A stretch of 64,000 nt of DNA from the NCBI RefSeq assembly GCF_006345805.1, contig NC_043020.1, positions 26,226,001 through 26,290,000 on the forward strand. Direction: 5' to 3'. Below are positions 60,969 to 64,000 of this stretch, piece by piece. The position numbers and the translations under genes are program-made. A model generated the notes under the pieces. It was not told the origin of the DNA. It saw only the letters and a list, made by a program, of their open reading frames with translations, and searched no databases. The stretch is from Octopus sinensis (lineage: Eukaryota). The first letter of the stretch is position 1. Every line of letters starts with the position of its first letter.

Positions 60969-61175
60969 GTCTGTCTGTTTATATATTTCTTTCCCAGGTA
61001 TATTTTGTTTACCTGTTTCTATGTAGGATCTCGTTTGTGTATCAGTCTGTCTGTCTTTGTGTATATATATATATGTGTGTGTGTGTATAGATGGATATAT
61101 ATATATATATGTGTGTGTATGTATGTATGTATAATATATATATATATATGTGTGGTGTGTGTGTGTATAGATGTG

Positions 61176-61230
<55 letters not shown>

Positions 61231-62094
61231 TTGCATGAATGTATGTGTATAAATGTATATAGATGTATGTATATGTGATTGACTGTATATATATATGTGT
61301 GTGTGTGTGTGTATGTATACATATGTAGATATGTGTGTGTGTGTGTATGTATACATATGTAGATGTATGTATATGTGTATATATATTATAGATGCATATG
61401 TACATATATGTATAGACGTGTGTGCGGGGGGATCAGTGCATTCTTGCCATGGCCATCCTGTCATTTTTCATGTGTCTGTTTGTGAGAGAATGCGTGTGTT
61501 TATGTGTGTGTATCTGCAAGCTATAATGTGTGCAGGCAGTGTAGTGGAAAAAAAACAAAGAAAAATCAGATATGTGAGTGTGTAATTAGTATTGTTTTGT
61601 CTCAAGTCAATCCTGATATCACAATCCAACTGTGACCATCCTGTCTTTCCTTATGTGCAAGAAAACTCAAGGTTACATTAGCCAATGTGTTCCTTTTTAA
61701 GAACGTAGAGTGCGATTTAAACGTGATTTAGTTACTATTTCTAGCAAAATTAAGTGACCATGTAGAGGCTGGCTTGTTGACTTGCATGTGTGTATGTATG
61801 TTTAATAAATGTAGTGTTTAAAGAGAACTGTGTGTATGAGTGTGTATATATGTTTGTGGTCTCTAAGTGTGTATTTGTGTGTGTATGTATATGTATGTAT
61901 ATATATATGTATGTATGTATATATGTATATATATATATATATATATGTCTGTGTGATATATATGTGTGTGTGTGTGTGTAAAAGAGGGATGAATAGTGTC
62001 AGTGTTGTGTGTAGAGAGATGCAAATATCTGTGTTGAAGTTTATAAGTGTGTACTTGTATGTATATATATATATGTATTATATATATGTGTGTG

Positions 62095-62129
<35 letters not shown>

Positions 62130-62269
62130 ATGGTGTGTAAGAGAGTGGATGTGCATGAAGTCTACAAGTGTGTGTGTGTGTGTGTGAGAAAGAGAGGGAC
62201 AGACAGACAGACCCCATCCCTATCACAATGTGTCAACAACTGTTGTTTGGCTTCATGCTTCAGATAAAA

Positions 62270-62875
62270 AGAGCATTAATTATTTACCATCACCATGGCA
62301 ACCACCACTGCAACAACAACAACAGCAGCAGCAGAAGCAGAAGCAGTAGGAACCATCACATTTACTATAATCATCATCATCATCATCAATCATTTATCAT
62401 TTATAATTATTATCATTCGTCACCACCACCATCATCATCAGCATCATCATCATCTTTGTTATCACCACCATCCATCCATCCATCCATCCTTCATCTCTAA
62501 CTATGTCATCATCATCACTACCAACACTACTACTGCTATCACCACTACCATCATCATCATCATCTTACCTCCATCTTTACCATCATTTCTCTCCCTAACC
62601 ATCATCATCATCATCACCATCATCTGCTATTACTATTATCATTATCATTTCTCTCCTCGTCAACATGTCATTACCATCGCCATCAGCATCATCTTCCTCA
62701 TCATCATAATGGTGACCACCACCACCACTGCCACCACCATCACCACCACCATAATTATCATCATCACCACCACTACCACCACTACCACCACCACTGTCAC
62801 CACCACCACCACCACCACCATGTCACCACCACCACCGCCACCAACCACCACCACCACCACCCTTATCATCAATAA
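62270..62875. repeat. (CAT)/(CAC)/(ACT) trinucleotide tract
   Basis: Direct reading. Confidence 0.9.
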
Positions 62876-63134
62876 ATGTTAGATACAGTAACTAGTCTCA
62901 GTTGTCAAGCTACGTGGGCAAGGACGACGACAGCAACAACAACATCAGTAACATTAGACAAAGTAATCCTAGATACACTTTTCCTAGATCCACTTTTCAA
63001 AAAAAAGAAAAAAATGATAAAGGATAGAATAAACAGTTGGAATGTCATTGATCATGGAGGTCTGCCTGATTGGTACTGACCTGGGGTTAAACAACAACAA
63101 CTACAATGGTCAAAGTTATTCCACCTATTTATCC

Positions 63135-63835
63135 TGACCGCTTTACTCTTTAACTTGTTTCAGTCATTTGGCTGTGGCCATGCTGGAGCACCACCCTAAA
63201 GGGTTTTAGTCAAAGGAATCGATCCCTAGTACTTTGTAACTCTAATCTCTTTTGCTGAGCTGCTAAGTTATGGGGGACATAGACACACCAACATCAGTTG
63301 TTGAGCAGTGATTGGTGGGGGGACAAATATGAACACAATGACACACACACACATAAATATATGATGCCAGCCCCGCCTAGACTGGCTTCTGTGCCGGTGG
63401 CACGTAAAAAGCACCAATCTGATCATGGCCGTTGCCAGCCTCGCCTGGCACGTAAAAAGCACCCACTACACTCTCAGAGTGGTTGGCGTTAGGAAGGGCA
63501 TCAAGCTGTAGAAACACTGCCAGATCAGACTGGAGCCTGGCGCAGCCTTCTGGCTTCCCAGATCCCCGGTCGAACCGTCCAACCCATGCTAGCATGGAGA
63601 ATGGACGTTAAATTATGATGATGATACATACGTACATACAAACATACATACATATATATACATGATGGTCTTCTTTCAGTTTCCATCTACCAAATCCACC
63701 CACAAGGCTTCGGTTGATCCAAGGATATAGTAGAAGTCACTTGCCAAAGTGCCATGAAGTGGGACTGAACCCGGAACCATGTGGTTGGGAAGCAAGCTAC
63801 TTACCACACAGCTATACCTCTGCCCATATACACTA
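63135..63835 (-). mobile_element. SINE C split at its microsatellite by a plus-strand family A copy (63370-63625)
   Basis: Tail 63135-63350, head 63660-63835. Confidence 0.85.
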
Positions 63836-64000
63836 TATACACAAGACAGTTGAGCGTAATATGGTGGAGATGTGTTGCTATTTCTAGCGGGTCAAACAAC
63901 CACTTGGCTGTCTAGCTTGTTAACTCATTATCTCATGATATAATAGGCCTTTTTTTAGGTTATTTTTTTTCGTATTTTTTCTTTTTTTTTTCTGTTTTTC

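Noticed and set aside
587-63835. Naming the SINEs as the published octopus OK, OR1 or OR2 families
   Set aside because: I cannot match them to those consensus sequences without an alignment, so neutral labels are used.

Overview
AT-rich, repeat-saturated eukaryotic DNA, most likely from an Octopus genome (inferred from its tRNA-derived SINE families and long TA/CA/TAA/GAT microsatellites). It looks intronic or intergenic, with one 100-N gap. I recognise no host protein-coding gene with confidence, and most ORF-track entries are microsatellite translations. Supported content: (1) several tRNA-derived SINE families (my labels B, C, G) plus RTE-clade LINE 3' ends (A) and an unclassified retroposon (D); (2) decayed coding remnants of RTE and Dong/R4 LINEs, a mariner transposase and an internally deleted Tc1 element; (3) MITEs and a Helentron/HINE-like element; (4) local duplications. 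One near-identical ~1.02 kb tandem duplication contains a plausible first coding exon on the minus strand (MTFQSWQMPRLAVKTSF, then GTAAGT). The most interesting signal is a set of at least four unrelated short elements carrying type I hammerhead-ribozyme motifs, as in Penelope-like pseudo-LTRs. They sit mostly in (TA)n tracts and often have fold-back copies. One fully canonical hammerhead is at 42265-42329, and one element fuses a tRNA/Pol III head to a hammerhead tail (19868-20206). There is also a pentamer satellite resembling immunoglobulin switch regions (24250-25005). Everything was read by eye: repeat boundaries are approximate (about +/-10-20 bp), family names are inferences, and no database search or folding was run.
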